Shown in pieces: positions 9,639-19,525 of a stretch of DNA of 64,000 nt (positions are counted from its first letter, which is position 1; every line of letters starts with the position of its first letter). The translations under genes and the position numbers were made by a program. The DNA is from a virus: positions 1 through 64,000 of IMG/VR virus record IMGVR_UViG_3300044993_000080; one strand, 5' to 3'. The notes beneath the pieces are model-generated. The model was given only the letters and a program-made list of their open reading frames with translations, was not told the DNA's origin and searched no databases.

Positions 9639-12600
9639 TTAGTTCCTCGACCTCGCAAGCCTGCCGCCGGGCTTGGCCTCATTCTGCACCCAGCGCTCCA
9701 GAAACTTGCCCATTTCCTGCTCAAGAGACTTGGACAATTCACGGCCCTGCTCGACACTCAAGTCTCCTGCGCCCCTACCTTCGTAAGGTATGGAGACCGT
9801 GACCTGTGGCGCAATGATAATGTTGCCCGCTGAGGCTTGTTGTTGGGGCAAACCCGACAAAACAACCGGGATGCGCCCACTCGGAACCGGAACGTAGGCC
9901 TCGGGGGTCGAGCCCTCACCGAACACCGCCACCTGCGGGCTTCTGGCGACACCGCCACGAGAATACTTGCGCAACGGCAGCTTGCCGTGCTCGGTCATCA
10001 CACCGCCGTCTTTGAAAAACGCACCTGCGATTGCGCCAAGGATGCCGCCGCCACTACTACCTAGTAGTGATTGCAGGAAGCCCACGAACCCTGACGCGGC
10101 TTCGCCTACACCGCCCTTGAATATATCAGCCGCCTCCACGGCCCCGGCGACTAGGGCCTCGGCTGGGTTATCGTTGGTTGCTGCACCCGGTTGCAAGAGC
10201 GATCCTAGACTACCTGTGTTTTGGATAATTACCGGGATCGCCCGATTAACCTGAAGGTAGCGATCAAGGATAGATGTCGGTTGTCCCGCTGCCTGCCCGC
10301 GCTGTCCGAACAGCCCGCCCAGTGCGTTGGTCGCTTGTCCTAGTATGCCGTTGACCCCGGCCCTGATGATGCCCCTGCTGATGCTCTGCACAAAGCCCCG
10401 AAATGATAACTTTCCGGTTTCGATAAACCCGGTGAGGCTGTCAGACAGCGATTGGAATGCGTCAGTGACGAAACCGCGTGCCTGATTGCGGAAGTTGCTC
10501 CACTCCTCCGAAAGGTCCATCAAGCCTTCTTGGATACCACCCAGCCAATCGCTCCGCGCGGCCAATTCGGCGGCTGCGGCTGCGTCCACTGCCTCGGCGT
10601 AAGCCCGCATCATCTCAACGCCCTGCGTAGTCGAATAGAGACCCTGTTCCTTTAGGTAGTTCTCGTATTCGAGCAGGCTGTTGATACGGTCACGCTGATG
10701 TTCCAGCACGCCGGACAAGCGGATTTCCATGTCTAGGTTGGTGAGCCGGTCCGCTAGATCGTTTCGCGCAGTAATTACCCCGCTAATGCGTTGCTGCTTA
10801 TCAAACTGCCGGATAAGCTCCTGCGTCTCTTCGCTGGCGATGTCCACGCCTTCCCGGCGCAACTTATTGATGAATTGCGCTCTTGCAATCGCCCGCTCTC
10901 GCAGTGCACCAATCCGACCCAGACCTGCCGCTTCATCTTCGTTCGTATTGATTGCGTCCTGCAATGCTGTGCGGGCCGTGTCGAGCGCTGTAAGTCGGCG
11001 AAGCTCGGCGGCCTGTCGGCGATATTCAGCAGTCTGAGTAGCGGTCAACTCGGTGTTGAGGCTGCGTGCTTTGTTCTCAAGTTCGATCAGGCCCTGCTCA
11101 TCTTGACGAGCGGTGCCCATGACTTTGAACAACCTAACCTGCTCGTTGTATGTCCGGGTCGTGTCGAACATGATGTCTAGTTCTTCAGTCCGACGCCGGA
11201 TGACCGATGCGGTTAGGCGCTCAACCTGCTCGGTTGACAGCCCCATTTTACGCAACGCGGCATCGCCCAGTGCGAGCGTCGAGTTGAGGAACCTCAACTG
11301 CTCATCGAACTCGCGCGCCTTTGCGATGAGCGGGTCATACGTGCTCTGAAGTTGCTTGAGTTTGTCAGCGGTTTCCTGTGCCCTCTCCGCTGCACCTCCA
11401 CTACCACTACCACCGCCAGTCGCCAAGGCGGGGTCGCCTGAACCGGGCCGGGCAATGCCACCCAGCGGGGTCTGCCGCGCGTTGGCAGTGCGCACGGCGG
11501 CGCGCTCCAAGATGCCGCTCACATAAGTCTGCTTAAACTGGTTCTGCGCGTTCTTGGCGAGGTCTTTACCGGTGCCGCTAATGCCTTTGACTGATAATCC
11601 TAGTTCTGCCGCACGCCCAAAATCGCCGGACAAGAGAGCAGCGCCCGCTGCCCCCACCTTGGCGATGTCGCCTAGGATATTGGCGATGATGATGCCAATA
11701 GACTGGCCAATAGTCAGGAATAGATTGATGACGTTATCCGCAAACGACACAAAGAAGGCAAGGCCGGTAGTCGTGGCGTCTTTAGTGTCCTTCTTTACGC
11801 CGCCGGTCATCCAACTCCAGTTCTCGGCGATCTGCTGGATGCTTTTCCCTATGCCCGCTGCAACAGTTGCAAATGTCTCGGTCACGATGTCGCCAAGCGC
11901 GATCTGTTTCCCAGCCAACTGCACAGTGCTGTCACTGAACACAATCATAAGCGCGATAAGCGTGCCCAGTGCTGTCAGTAAAGCACCAAACGGGTTCTTG
12001 GCCGCCGCCAGCGTCATGACCTTCATAGACGCAACCACTGACGCCGCCATACCCGCGAAACCACCCCTGACCGCGATGGCCGTGGCGATAGCTGTCAAGC
12101 GCAGCCGGATGAAGTTCGTGACAGTGAGCGCCAGCGCTACCTTCAGCACTGGTAGCAGGGCGATGAACGCCTTAAAGGAAACAATAGCTACGTCCATGGC
12201 GAGCTTGAGCCCCGTGCCGATGACCTGCACGATGTCCTTCAAGCCTTTGATGACTGCCGGGTCTCGCAGCAACAAACCCAAGTTTTGAATGGCCTGCGCG
12301 AAGCCTGCGGTGACGCCCGTGCTCTGCTCTATCTCGCCTACTGCAACGGTTGCAGCGGTGCGAAGCACAGTGAACGCCTGTCCAATGGTTACGGGGAACT
12401 GCGCAAACTCGGTTTCCAGCACGTCCTTCTGAGTGAGGATGGCCTGTATGACCGTCTCGGAGGTAATCTTTCCTTCTTGCCCCAGAATACGCAACTGACC
12501 TACGGTTGTGCCCATGCCCTCGGCGATGGCCTGCGCCAGTCGCGGGGTCTGTTCGAGCACTGACCGTAGTTCATCGCCGCGTAGCGTGCCGGACGCGAGA

Positions 12601-13493
12601 CCCTGCCCCAACTGAATGATGGCCGCGTTTGCGCTCTGCGCGCTAGCGCCGGAAACGGTGATGGCTTTGGCGACGAGTTCGGTCGCAACGAACGCATCTT
12701 CCTGCTCAATCCCAAGCTGCTGCGCCGCCTGCGACAAACGATAGTAGGTCGTGACGATGCCTTCTAGGCTCTGCCGGGTGTTGGTGGCGATGCCGACAAT
12801 GCGGTCGAACGTCTGTTTTTGCTGCTCAAGCCCGGTCGTGGTCAGTGACACGCGGGCGTAGAGGTTCTTGTATTCGTCCGAAAGTGAGGCGTAGGTGCGA
12901 ACGGCAAGCGCCGCTGCGCCAATGCCCGCAATAGAGCCAAGCCCTACGCCGCCACGTGCAAGCGCACCTGCTGCCGCCCCGGCCCCTGCGCTCACCCCGC
13001 TGCCCCCGGATCGGGGTGCGGCGCGCGCCATGCGCTCCAGCGCAGTCGTAGCCCGCAAGGCTGCCGTCGCAAGCCCCCTGAAACGACTACCCAGCTCCCC
13101 TGCCTCTGCTAGCGGTGATCCACGCCGACCTGCACCGCCCGCACGTCCGGCCCGGCTCCGGGCTATTCGATCAAGGTTCGTGGCCGCGCTCCGGGCTGCT
13201 CGGGCCAATATCGCAAGGTCTGTAGGGACGGAACCGCCGCGTCCACCTGCCCCGGCTGCGCCGCCTTGCCCGGCTGCGAGCCCACGCCCGGCCCCTGTGA
13301 CGGATCGAAGGGCGCGCGCTGTTTCCGTCGCTTTCTTGCGCAAGCGCTCCAGCGCCATCTCCTGAGCGCGGATGCCTTTGGTGCCCGCTTGGCCAGCCTG
13401 CCCTACACCCCGCAAGTCGCCCTTGATCTGGGTAAGCGCGGCCTTGGCTTGGTTTCGAACCTTGATGACGAAGAGCAGGTCTTTGTTCTTCAC
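9639..13493 (-). CDS. Tape measure protein, 1284 aa
   Basis: QLGQGLASGTLRGDELRSVLEQTP tape-measure motif, long helical Ala-rich body, FGEG..PEAYVP C-terminus. Confidence 0.95.
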   Translation of the reverse strand: MKNKDLLFVIKVRNQAKAALTQIKGDLRGVGQAGQAGTKGIRAQEMALERLRKKATETARALRSVTGAGRGLAAGQGGAAGAGGRGGSVPTDLAILARAARSAATNLDRIARSRAGRAGGAGRRGSPLAEAGELGSRFRGLATAALRATTALERMARAAPRSGGSGVSAGAGAAAGALARGGVGLGSIAGIGAAALAVRTYASLSDEYKNLYARVSLTTTGLEQQKQTFDRIVGIATNTRQSLEGIVTTYYRLSQAAQQLGIEQEDAFVATELVAKAITVSGASAQSANAAIIQLGQGLASGTLRGDELRSVLEQTPRLAQAIAEGMGTTVGQLRILGQEGKITSETVIQAILTQKDVLETEFAQFPVTIGQAFTVLRTAATVAVGEIEQSTGVTAGFAQAIQNLGLLLRDPAVIKGLKDIVQVIGTGLKLAMDVAIVSFKAFIALLPVLKVALALTVTNFIRLRLTAIATAIAVRGGFAGMAASVVASMKVMTLAAAKNPFGALLTALGTLIALMIVFSDSTVQLAGKQIALGDIVTETFATVAAGIGKSIQQIAENWSWMTGGVKKDTKDATTTGLAFFVSFADNVINLFLTIGQSIGIIIANILGDIAKVGAAGAALLSGDFGRAAELGLSVKGISGTGKDLAKNAQNQFKQTYVSGILERAAVRTANARQTPLGGIARPGSGDPALATGGGSGSGGAAERAQETADKLKQLQSTYDPLIAKAREFDEQLRFLNSTLALGDAALRKMGLSTEQVERLTASVIRRRTEELDIMFDTTRTYNEQVRLFKVMGTARQDEQGLIELENKARSLNTELTATQTAEYRRQAAELRRLTALDTARTALQDAINTNEDEAAGLGRIGALRERAIARAQFINKLRREGVDIASEETQELIRQFDKQQRISGVITARNDLADRLTNLDMEIRLSGVLEHQRDRINSLLEYENYLKEQGLYSTTQGVEMMRAYAEAVDAAAAAELAARSDWLGGIQEGLMDLSEEWSNFRNQARGFVTDAFQSLSDSLTGFIETGKLSFRGFVQSISRGIIRAGVNGILGQATNALGGLFGQRGQAAGQPTSILDRYLQVNRAIPVIIQNTGSLGSLLQPGAATNDNPAEALVAGAVEAADIFKGGVGEAASGFVGFLQSLLGSSGGGILGAIAGAFFKDGGVMTEHGKLPLRKYSRGGVARSPQVAVFGEGSTPEAYVPVPSGRIPVVLSGLPQQQASAGNIIIAPQVTVSIPYEGRGAGDLSVEQGRELSKSLEQEMGKFLERWVQNEAKPGGRLARSRN

Positions 13494-13918
13494 CGCGCTG
13501 GCCTCTTTGGTGTCAGACGCGCGCCGCCCCTTGGATTACGCTCGTCCGTTGCGTTCTTCCGGCGCTCCTTCTCAAGCTCTTCCTGCTGGTGATGCTCTAC
13601 GGTGCTAATCGCCCCGTCGATCACCCGGAACATGGTCATCATATGCCCGGATTGATCCAGCAAGCCGCCCGCTTCGGGTAGTCGCCCTCCTTTGTAGTTG
13701 GCGTAATACCACAGTAGCTCGGAAACACCAGCCTCGTCTTCGTTGCCGGGCATGAACAGGCGCTTGGGGCACCTCGTGAGAGGCACCCCTTCGATTTCAT
13801 ACTTCTGCTTGGTGGGCTCCTCGCAACCCCACGCTACTTTGTTTCGCGCGGTGCAGGCTAGACAGTCTCGCTCTGGTAAGAGGTGGGTTGCGAGAATTGC
13901 GAGCCGGAGCCGTTTCCC
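13490..13918 (-). CDS. C-terminal part of tail assembly chaperone (GT-like), reached by -1 frameshift
   Basis: Open frame GKRLRLAIL...LPEAGGLLDQ starts at slippery heptamer GGGAAAC (13918-13912) near the end of the upstream chaperone. Confidence 0.8.
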   Translation of the reverse strand, partial: GKRLRLAILATHLLPERDCLACTARNKVAWGCEEPTKQKYEIEGVPLTRCPKRLFMPGNEDEAGVSELLWYYANYKGGRLPEAGGLLDQSGHMMTMFRVIDGAISTVEHHQQEELEKERRKNATDERNPRGGARLTPKRPAR

Positions 13919-14370
13919 TCTTCTACGGTGGGCTGCTGACCTGTCATGATGATTTCCGCCAATTCGGCAATCACGATGTCCGGGATCAGGCCCATCGTTT
14001 CGTTGGTGACAATGTCGTAACTCTTGCCGCCGATGTTGCGCTTGCCGGTCTGCCACTTGACCTTCCGGGTGCACTCGGCGTCGAGATAGAAGTCCTCGGG
14101 CTCTTCAAGAGCCAGCGAACACACGTCGAAGTTGAACTGGTTCTGGCTGACGTGCGTGGTGATTTCCTCTTCCGGCTTTGACGGGTCGATACCGATCTTG
14201 GTCGTCTTGTCCTTCAGCAACCCCAGCACGCGGCTGTCGAGCACCTTCCACTTCCACTTGGTGGGCTTGTAGGTGTCATGGCCGGGCTCGCCTTCCTTGG
14301 GGCGAACGTCGAACTTGGAAACGTGGGTGAAGGTCTGGCCGACCTGAAGTGCGCGAATAGCCATAGTCAC
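13858..14370 (-). CDS. Tail assembly chaperone (G-like)
   Basis: Lies between tail tube and tape measure genes, has a CAGGAG RBS and a slippery site near the 3' end. Confidence 0.8.
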   Translation of the reverse strand: MTMAIRALQVGQTFTHVSKFDVRPKEGEPGHDTYKPTKWKWKVLDSRVLGLLKDKTTKIGIDPSKPEEEITTHVSQNQFNFDVCSLALEEPEDFYLDAECTRKVKWQTGKRNIGGKSYDIVTNETMGLIPDIVIAELAEIIMTGQQPTVEEGNGSGSQFSQPTSYQSETV

Positions 14371-14426
14371 TGTGCTCCTGTAATGGTGCTCGTTCCTGCA
14401 ACCGGGTGCAGGGGCCCATCTCTACA

Positions 14427-14606
14427 TCATCTCTTGCAGGTAAGGGAAGGGTGCTTGTTAGCGACAAAGCGCTCAATCCACGTTCCGGCGTATTGATCCC
14501 GGACGGCCTCAGCGGCTGCGAGGGTCAGTTTTACGTCGAGCACTTCGACGTTAGGTTTGTCGCCGCCACGATGAAAAACACGGCGCAACACCACATACGT
14601 CTTCAT
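14427..14606 (-). CDS. Small hypothetical protein inserted in the tail operon
   Basis: 59-aa ORF MKTYVVLRRVF... filling the gap between tail tube and chaperone. Confidence 0.55.
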   Translation of the reverse strand: MKTYVVLRRVFHRGGDKPNVEVLDVKLTLAAAEAVRDQYAGTWIERFVANKHPSLTCKR

Positions 14607-14714
14607 TTCGAGCTTCGAGCTGCTCACAGCCTTGTTCCCGTCCGATCCTGCGCCATATTACGCTACTATAACGCAACGTGGCACCGGTTCCTTTGCGGCG
14701 TTCCGCCCGGCGCG

Positions 14715-16016
14715 TCAGCAGAAAACGATAATCATCTCGTCGTTGCCGTTGATACGCTTCAGCATCGCCGACTTTTCGTAGGTCAGCAATCCGTTGCGGT
14801 CGCCGAACGACTGTTCGCTGGTCTGCGCTTTGCCACCGAAAAAGACCACTTGGTTGCCTACTTCGGTGCCCACACGGGTGATGAACGTCTTCGACTTCGC
14901 GCCAAGGAACTCGGCCCAAAACGGATGGTCGCTTTCGTGGGTCGCTTCCGGGTTGAAGCCGATAACCGGTGCGCGGCCCGCGATGCGCGAACCGAAATAG
15001 CCTTGTCGGTGGTTGACGCTCGGGCGGACCTGAATGTCGTTTGCCTGATCGAACGTCCACTGCTCGATCATCAGGTTGCGATTACCGCCCCACGTCAGTG
15101 TGGACAGTTCCACCTGCGAGGGAAGCGGCAAGTCACCGAAGTCCGCCACGGGGTCCGCCGCGTCCACCGGGTCCACGAAAGTGGTAGTGAAGTTGAATGT
15201 GACACGGGCAATATCGCCCGCCGGTGCCGTGATCTGGAATGTGCCAAGACCGGCGTTGCCTTCCATCTTGATCCCGTCGCGGAAAAGCTCCAGCGAAGCT
15301 GTCTTGAAGTCGCTGCTGACCGGCATGAGCTTGAGGCCCACGGGGAAAACTGCGACATACCAGCGCTGGCCCACGGTGAGCGAACCCGCCCACGTCATGG
15401 TAATAGACCCGCCCTTGGCCCCCAGTGCGATCTCGGTCACGCCGCTCTCGACACCTCCCTGCTCGGCGGGAGCGGCGATGTAGTCCCCATGAGCGGCGTC
15501 CTCGTCCTTGCTGTTCGACGTGACGGTGACGCCTGCGACCGTGGACGCACCTGCCGTGGTGACGGTAATGGTGTAAAGCACCGGGGCGGCGACTGTCGTG
15601 GCGTCGCCCGTGTTGGCGAAGGCGACGCGCGGTGAAGTCTTCGGGTTGTCCGGGTCCGGGATGACCGGCGACTGATTGTTGGTGCCGTCCATCTGGGTGA
15701 GCGCGTAGCCACACGCCCTGAACAACTTTGACAGGATCGGCTCGTCAGCGCTGAGGCCGGATTGTGCTCGCCCGTTCGACCGCACTTCTGTGGTGAAACT
15801 GAAGCCCGCTACCACTCGACCAATGAGGCTCTCGAAAGGCGAGAGATCGCCGGACACGTAGTCGCGCTCACGAAGCGAAGGATCGACCGTGAACTCCGGC
15901 TCCTGCACTTCGATTGCATCGTCTTCATCGAGGCCCGGATTGACGCCGACGGTGTTTTCGATCCCGAAAAGCAAAGTTGCCTTCTTCGTCAGAAGCCCGC
16001 CCAATTCACCCGCCAT
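14715..16016 (-). CDS. Major tail tube protein
   Basis: 433 aa, beta-rich, E..G..P N-terminus and GDRNG...Y....L....GNDE C-terminus. Position fits. Confidence 0.85.
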   Translation of the reverse strand: MAGELGGLLTKKATLLFGIENTVGVNPGLDEDDAIEVQEPEFTVDPSLRERDYVSGDLSPFESLIGRVVAGFSFTTEVRSNGRAQSGLSADEPILSKLFRACGYALTQMDGTNNQSPVIPDPDNPKTSPRVAFANTGDATTVAAPVLYTITVTTAGASTVAGVTVTSNSKDEDAAHGDYIAAPAEQGGVESGVTEIALGAKGGSITMTWAGSLTVGQRWYVAVFPVGLKLMPVSSDFKTASLELFRDGIKMEGNAGLGTFQITAPAGDIARVTFNFTTTFVDPVDAADPVADFGDLPLPSQVELSTLTWGGNRNLMIEQWTFDQANDIQVRPSVNHRQGYFGSRIAGRAPVIGFNPEATHESDHPFWAEFLGAKSKTFITRVGTEVGNQVVFFGGKAQTSEQSFGDRNGLLTYEKSAMLKRINGNDEMIIVFC

Positions 16017-16122
16017 GGTATTTCCCCTTCTCTAAGGTTAGCCGCCCTTCGCGGGCAAATCGACCCAAGCACGTGAGCGGCGTTATCGTGGATCACTCAG
16101 TAACTGTCAAGTTCGCAACACG

Positions 16123-16635
16123 CTACCGGGCGAACGGATTGTTCGGCTTGGTGCGGTATTGCACTTCAATAATAAGCACACCCGCCGCTACGCTCGGCTT
16201 TTCGGACCCGACGTCCAGTTCGGAGCCCCGCTCAGTCGTCTGAAGCGCCAGCTTGTAGGCGGGTGCCGGTGGGTCCGCGTAAATGTCGCTACACTGAATG
16301 TCGAGCCCCGCAACCCGTTGCACTTCGCCAAGGACGGCGTTGAGGAGCGCCCCCACATCGTCCGTCTCTGCGTCACTGATCTTGACGTGGAACTCGAACA
16401 CGACGTTGAGGTAACGCAAGTCGTGTCCGATTTTTGGTTCGACCTTCTCGCTAGTGTCGTAGATACCCAGCGCGTAGCCCATCAATTGCTGTTGCTTTGT
16501 CAATGGCTTTCGGGACACGACATCCCACGTGATGAGCGCACCGTCCTGTCCGGCGATCTGCGACAGGTAGCGCCTCTCGAAGTGATTGACGATCCGCTCC
16601 CGGAAAGTCTTCTGTGATAGCAGTAAGTCCGGCAT
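16123..16635 (-). CDS. Putative tail terminator/completion protein
   Basis: 170 aa immediately upstream of the tail tube. C-terminus IEVQYRT...PF. Confidence 0.6.
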   Translation of the reverse strand: MPDLLLSQKTFRERIVNHFERRYLSQIAGQDGALITWDVVSRKPLTKQQQLMGYALGIYDTSEKVEPKIGHDLRYLNVVFEFHVKISDAETDDVGALLNAVLGEVQRVAGLDIQCSDIYADPPAPAYKLALQTTERGSELDVGSEKPSVAAGVLIIEVQYRTKPNNPFAR

Positions 16636-16642
16636 AGCGCCC

Positions 16643-17290
16643 TCACAAGTTCGCGTCGATGATGTCAGACATCTCTTCGAGTAGCTTGCTCTCGAAGTAG
16701 GACATCTCGGTCATCAGGGTTGGCTCCATCCTAAGTCGTGGCTTGATATAAACGCTCGACTTCAGAATGTAGAGAGGGGTCAATTCACGTGCCGATGGCA
16801 GCTTGCGGAAAATGATGAGGTTGCCGCGCCGTGACCGCTTCACGAACGTGTTGTCCCAGTCGCGGGCTCGGCGACGCAAGGGCACGCCCCTTGGATCAAG
16901 CGCGGCTGGCAACGGGATAGTGAGATACTGCGCGCGGGTGGCCCGGATAGTGCCACCCTCCTCGTGGAATGACAACGTGCCACCACTGATTTCCCCGACT
17001 GCTATCAGGTTGCCGTTGGCCGCTGCTACCTTGATGCTATCCGCGATAGAGCGAAGCCCACTACCTGACCGGCGCTGGAGTTTGTCACTGGGGTTGACGA
17101 CACGACCATTCCAACCGTTCCCGTGCATCTTCACTAGTTCTGCACTGACCTTCTCCAGCGACTGGAGCAAGAGCGGGCTGACCCGGACGACTGCCTTGTC
17201 GAACCCCGCTTCAAGGTCCGTGGCGAGCGCGGCAAAACCGGCTGCTACGTCACGATAGAGCGTGCCACTGATCCTGACCTCTACTGCCAT
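16643..17290 (-). CDS. Putative neck/tail completion protein
   Basis: RSG.LRSI, HEEGGTI...YLTIP and V.IKPR motifs. Position fits. Confidence 0.65.
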   Translation of the reverse strand: MAVEVRISGTLYRDVAAGFAALATDLEAGFDKAVVRVSPLLLQSLEKVSAELVKMHGNGWNGRVVNPSDKLQRRSGSGLRSIADSIKVAAANGNLIAVGEISGGTLSFHEEGGTIRATRAQYLTIPLPAALDPRGVPLRRRARDWDNTFVKRSRRGNLIIFRKLPSARELTPLYILKSSVYIKPRLRMEPTLMTEMSYFESKLLEEMSDIIDANL

Positions 17291-18021
17291 CAGCCCTTCC
17301 CAGTGCGCACGCGCTTGAGGCTGGCGACAATACTCGCCGCTTCCGGGGTAAGCCCGCCCCGCGCCATGAACGGTGCCGAATGCACGCGGTCCTTGCCGGA
17401 CACAGTGCGTTCACTGTCCATGCCCACGTTGTCCGCGCGCAGCTTAACATTCAGGAACTGGGTTTGGATCAGGGCCGCCGTCTTGAGGTAACTCGGAGCC
17501 GCGCCGGATAGGGTGCCGTCAGCTTCCGGGTAGCCTGCCGTGTAGCGGACTTTGATCCCGCGCAGGCGATACCGCGTCGAGACGTAGAGCACCACTGCAT
17601 CGTTCTCGTAGTCGATCCCGTAATGATCGTCCCGGCGCAACAGGTCGCGGTCGCTATGCCCGTCCTGCCCGGCGGGGTTGGGGTCATACCAGACATCAAA
17701 ATCGGCGTCCGGGTCGATGTTGACGCCTGCCAAGTAGATGATCTGCGGGTTGACGATGCTGCGCAGCCCCTGATCGTTGGTGTAGCGCCCACCGTTGAAG
17801 TCTCCCGCGCCGCCCAAGTCGTAGTCGATGCGCGTGTTGTCACGTGACGTAAAGAACTCGACATGCTCTTGGCGGGTCAGGAACCGGCCAGTGGCCTGCT
17901 CGATCTGGGTGGTGGCGAGCTTGGCCAGCGCGGTGTAGCGCGCGTCCAGCTTAGTGACCTCGGGCCGGACATCGAAGAACTCTTTGACTTCTTCTAGAGT
18001 GACCAGCGGGTAGCTCTCCAT
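17290..18021 (-). CDS. Head-tail adaptor (gp6/gp15-like)
   Basis: LVTLEEVKEF...IE..TGR and V.YTAGY...P..LK.A motifs. Confidence 0.8.
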   Translation of the reverse strand: MESYPLVTLEEVKEFFDVRPEVTKLDARYTALAKLATTQIEQATGRFLTRQEHVEFFTSRDNTRIDYDLGGAGDFNGGRYTNDQGLRSIVNPQIIYLAGVNIDPDADFDVWYDPNPAGQDGHSDRDLLRRDDHYGIDYENDAVVLYVSTRYRLRGIKVRYTAGYPEADGTLSGAAPSYLKTAALIQTQFLNVKLRADNVGMDSERTVSGKDRVHSAPFMARGGLTPEAASIVASLKRVRTGKG

Positions 18022-18095
18022 GGCGTGCTCCTGATAGCATAAGGGCCGAAACGGTGATCCCGCCCGGCCCTTAATCTACCGTATTCGGTATCGGG

Positions 18096-18419
18096 TCAAG
18101 ACTTGTGGACCTTGACCGCTGCGCCGGAGCGGCTGCGTTCGCGCGGCTCGACCTTTGATGCAGGCTCCCCTGCCTTGCGGAAAATGAACTTGCAACGCGG
18201 CTCGTATTCTTCCTCGCCGTCTTCGTCGATTGTGCCGGTTCGGACCATCTGAACCGCCTTCCGTTCGAGACGTGTCTTGGTGCTCTCATCTACGGGTGTT
18301 TCGACACCCCGGACAAAGTGCATCGGCTTGTCTGTGCCCAGTGTGTAGGACCGCCCTCGCGTGAGGGTGGCGATCCAAGGCAGGGTTTCTTCGATATGGG
18401 TTTCGGCGGCTTGGCCCAT
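18096..18419 (-). CDS. Hypothetical head-associated protein
   Basis: 107-aa ORF with AAGGAG RBS between capsid and adaptor. Confidence 0.6.
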   Translation of the reverse strand: MGQAAETHIEETLPWIATLTRGRSYTLGTDKPMHFVRGVETPVDESTKTRLERKAVQMVRTGTIDEDGEEEYEPRCKFIFRKAGEPASKVEPRERSRSGAAVKVHKS

Positions 18420-18537
18420 CGGTATTGCTCCTTGCTGCGGTTATGCTGCGGATACTGGTCTTGTATGCGAACAGGGCGGGGCTTGCAACCCGTTGCAGGT
18501 GCAAACCCCGCCCCAATCACCAGCGGGTGTCTGGTGC

Positions 18538-19470
18538 TTACGCGCCCAGATCGACCAGCTTCACGACCGCATCGACTTCTTCGATGGCAAAGCCGATGCG
18601 CATGGTCAGGACGATGATCCACGACCGGGCGCGAATATCGCGCTCCCGCTCGATGCGGACGTTCCGCTGGATACCGAAGATGACGTTCTTCGGGTCGAGC
18701 AAAAGGCCGTTCGCTTCGGGCATGAGGGCTGCACCGATAAGCGGGGTGCCCAGCACCGGCAAAGGTGCGTTGCCCAGCAGGGTGGCGTCTCCGAGGTTGG
18801 TGCCCCGGTTGGCAACCTGCACGCGGTAGTCACTTTCGACATCCATCGAAGTGATGTAGCGCAGGCTCGACAAGTTGCGGCGGAACCGCGTCGGCATACC
18901 CTTCTTCATTTCGTTGAACACGTTGATCGAGATCGGATCGCCGTCCGCGTCGATGACGTTCTGGTCCGACATCTTCAGGACGCCGTCGAGCGTGGCGAGG
19001 TAGGGATCGCCCGAACCCGTGTCGCCGAGGATCAGGAGCTCCTCAAGGTCCAGCGCGACGCGCTCGGCCAGAAGGGTCAGGATCGTATTGGCGAGTTGAT
19101 CCCGCTCGATGTTGTCTTCGAGCAGGTCATCGTGGATGTGGATTTCCGCGATGTATTCGGTGGTTTCGAGCAACACCTGCCCGAAGTCGGGCTTCGCACG
19201 ATCAGCCGCCGCCAGATAGCGGGTGTTGTTGTTCGCGTTGGTAAACCCGCCGCCGCCCGTGTTCGGTGCCGGACGCAACACACGCGAGCCGAAACCGATC
19301 TTCGGGATTTTCGCCGAAGGTGCATTCATCTGCTGCGGACGCACCTGACGGATCAGCGTCGGTTCGTCGATGATGTTCTGGTAGAAGGTGTTCTGGTGCT
19401 CGGCGTCGAGCACACCCCCATTGGCGGTGAGATCGGCCAGTGCCAGATCAGCGCGCTGCACTTTGTCCAT
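18538..19470 (-). CDS. Major capsid protein (HK97 fold)
   Basis: GGVL..E....F, LEDNIE, DLEELLILGD and IFGIQRNVRIERERD motifs. GAGG RBS and strong codon bias. Confidence 0.92.
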   Translation of the reverse strand: MDKVQRADLALADLTANGGVLDAEHQNTFYQNIIDEPTLIRQVRPQQMNAPSAKIPKIGFGSRVLRPAPNTGGGGFTNANNNTRYLAAADRAKPDFGQVLLETTEYIAEIHIHDDLLEDNIERDQLANTILTLLAERVALDLEELLILGDTGSGDPYLATLDGVLKMSDQNVIDADGDPISINVFNEMKKGMPTRFRRNLSSLRYITSMDVESDYRVQVANRGTNLGDATLLGNAPLPVLGTPLIGAALMPEANGLLLDPKNVIFGIQRNVRIERERDIRARSWIIVLTMRIGFAIEEVDAVVKLVDLGA

Positions 19471-19525
19471 TTCGTGTTACCTCTTGCTTGAGTGGGTGGT
19501 TGTTAGTTTCGCTAGAGTGCTGCGC

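Noticed and set aside
11859-12354. TGCAAC-N-GTTGCA variants with a 1-bp spacer in the tape measure gene
   Set aside because: The spacing differs from the 2-bp consensus and can arise from Ala-Thr-Val-Ala codons, so they were not counted as sites.
13919-14074. 5' part of the 194-aa ORF 13490-14074
   Set aside because: It overlaps the chaperone G in another frame. Only the part after the slippery site is likely translated.
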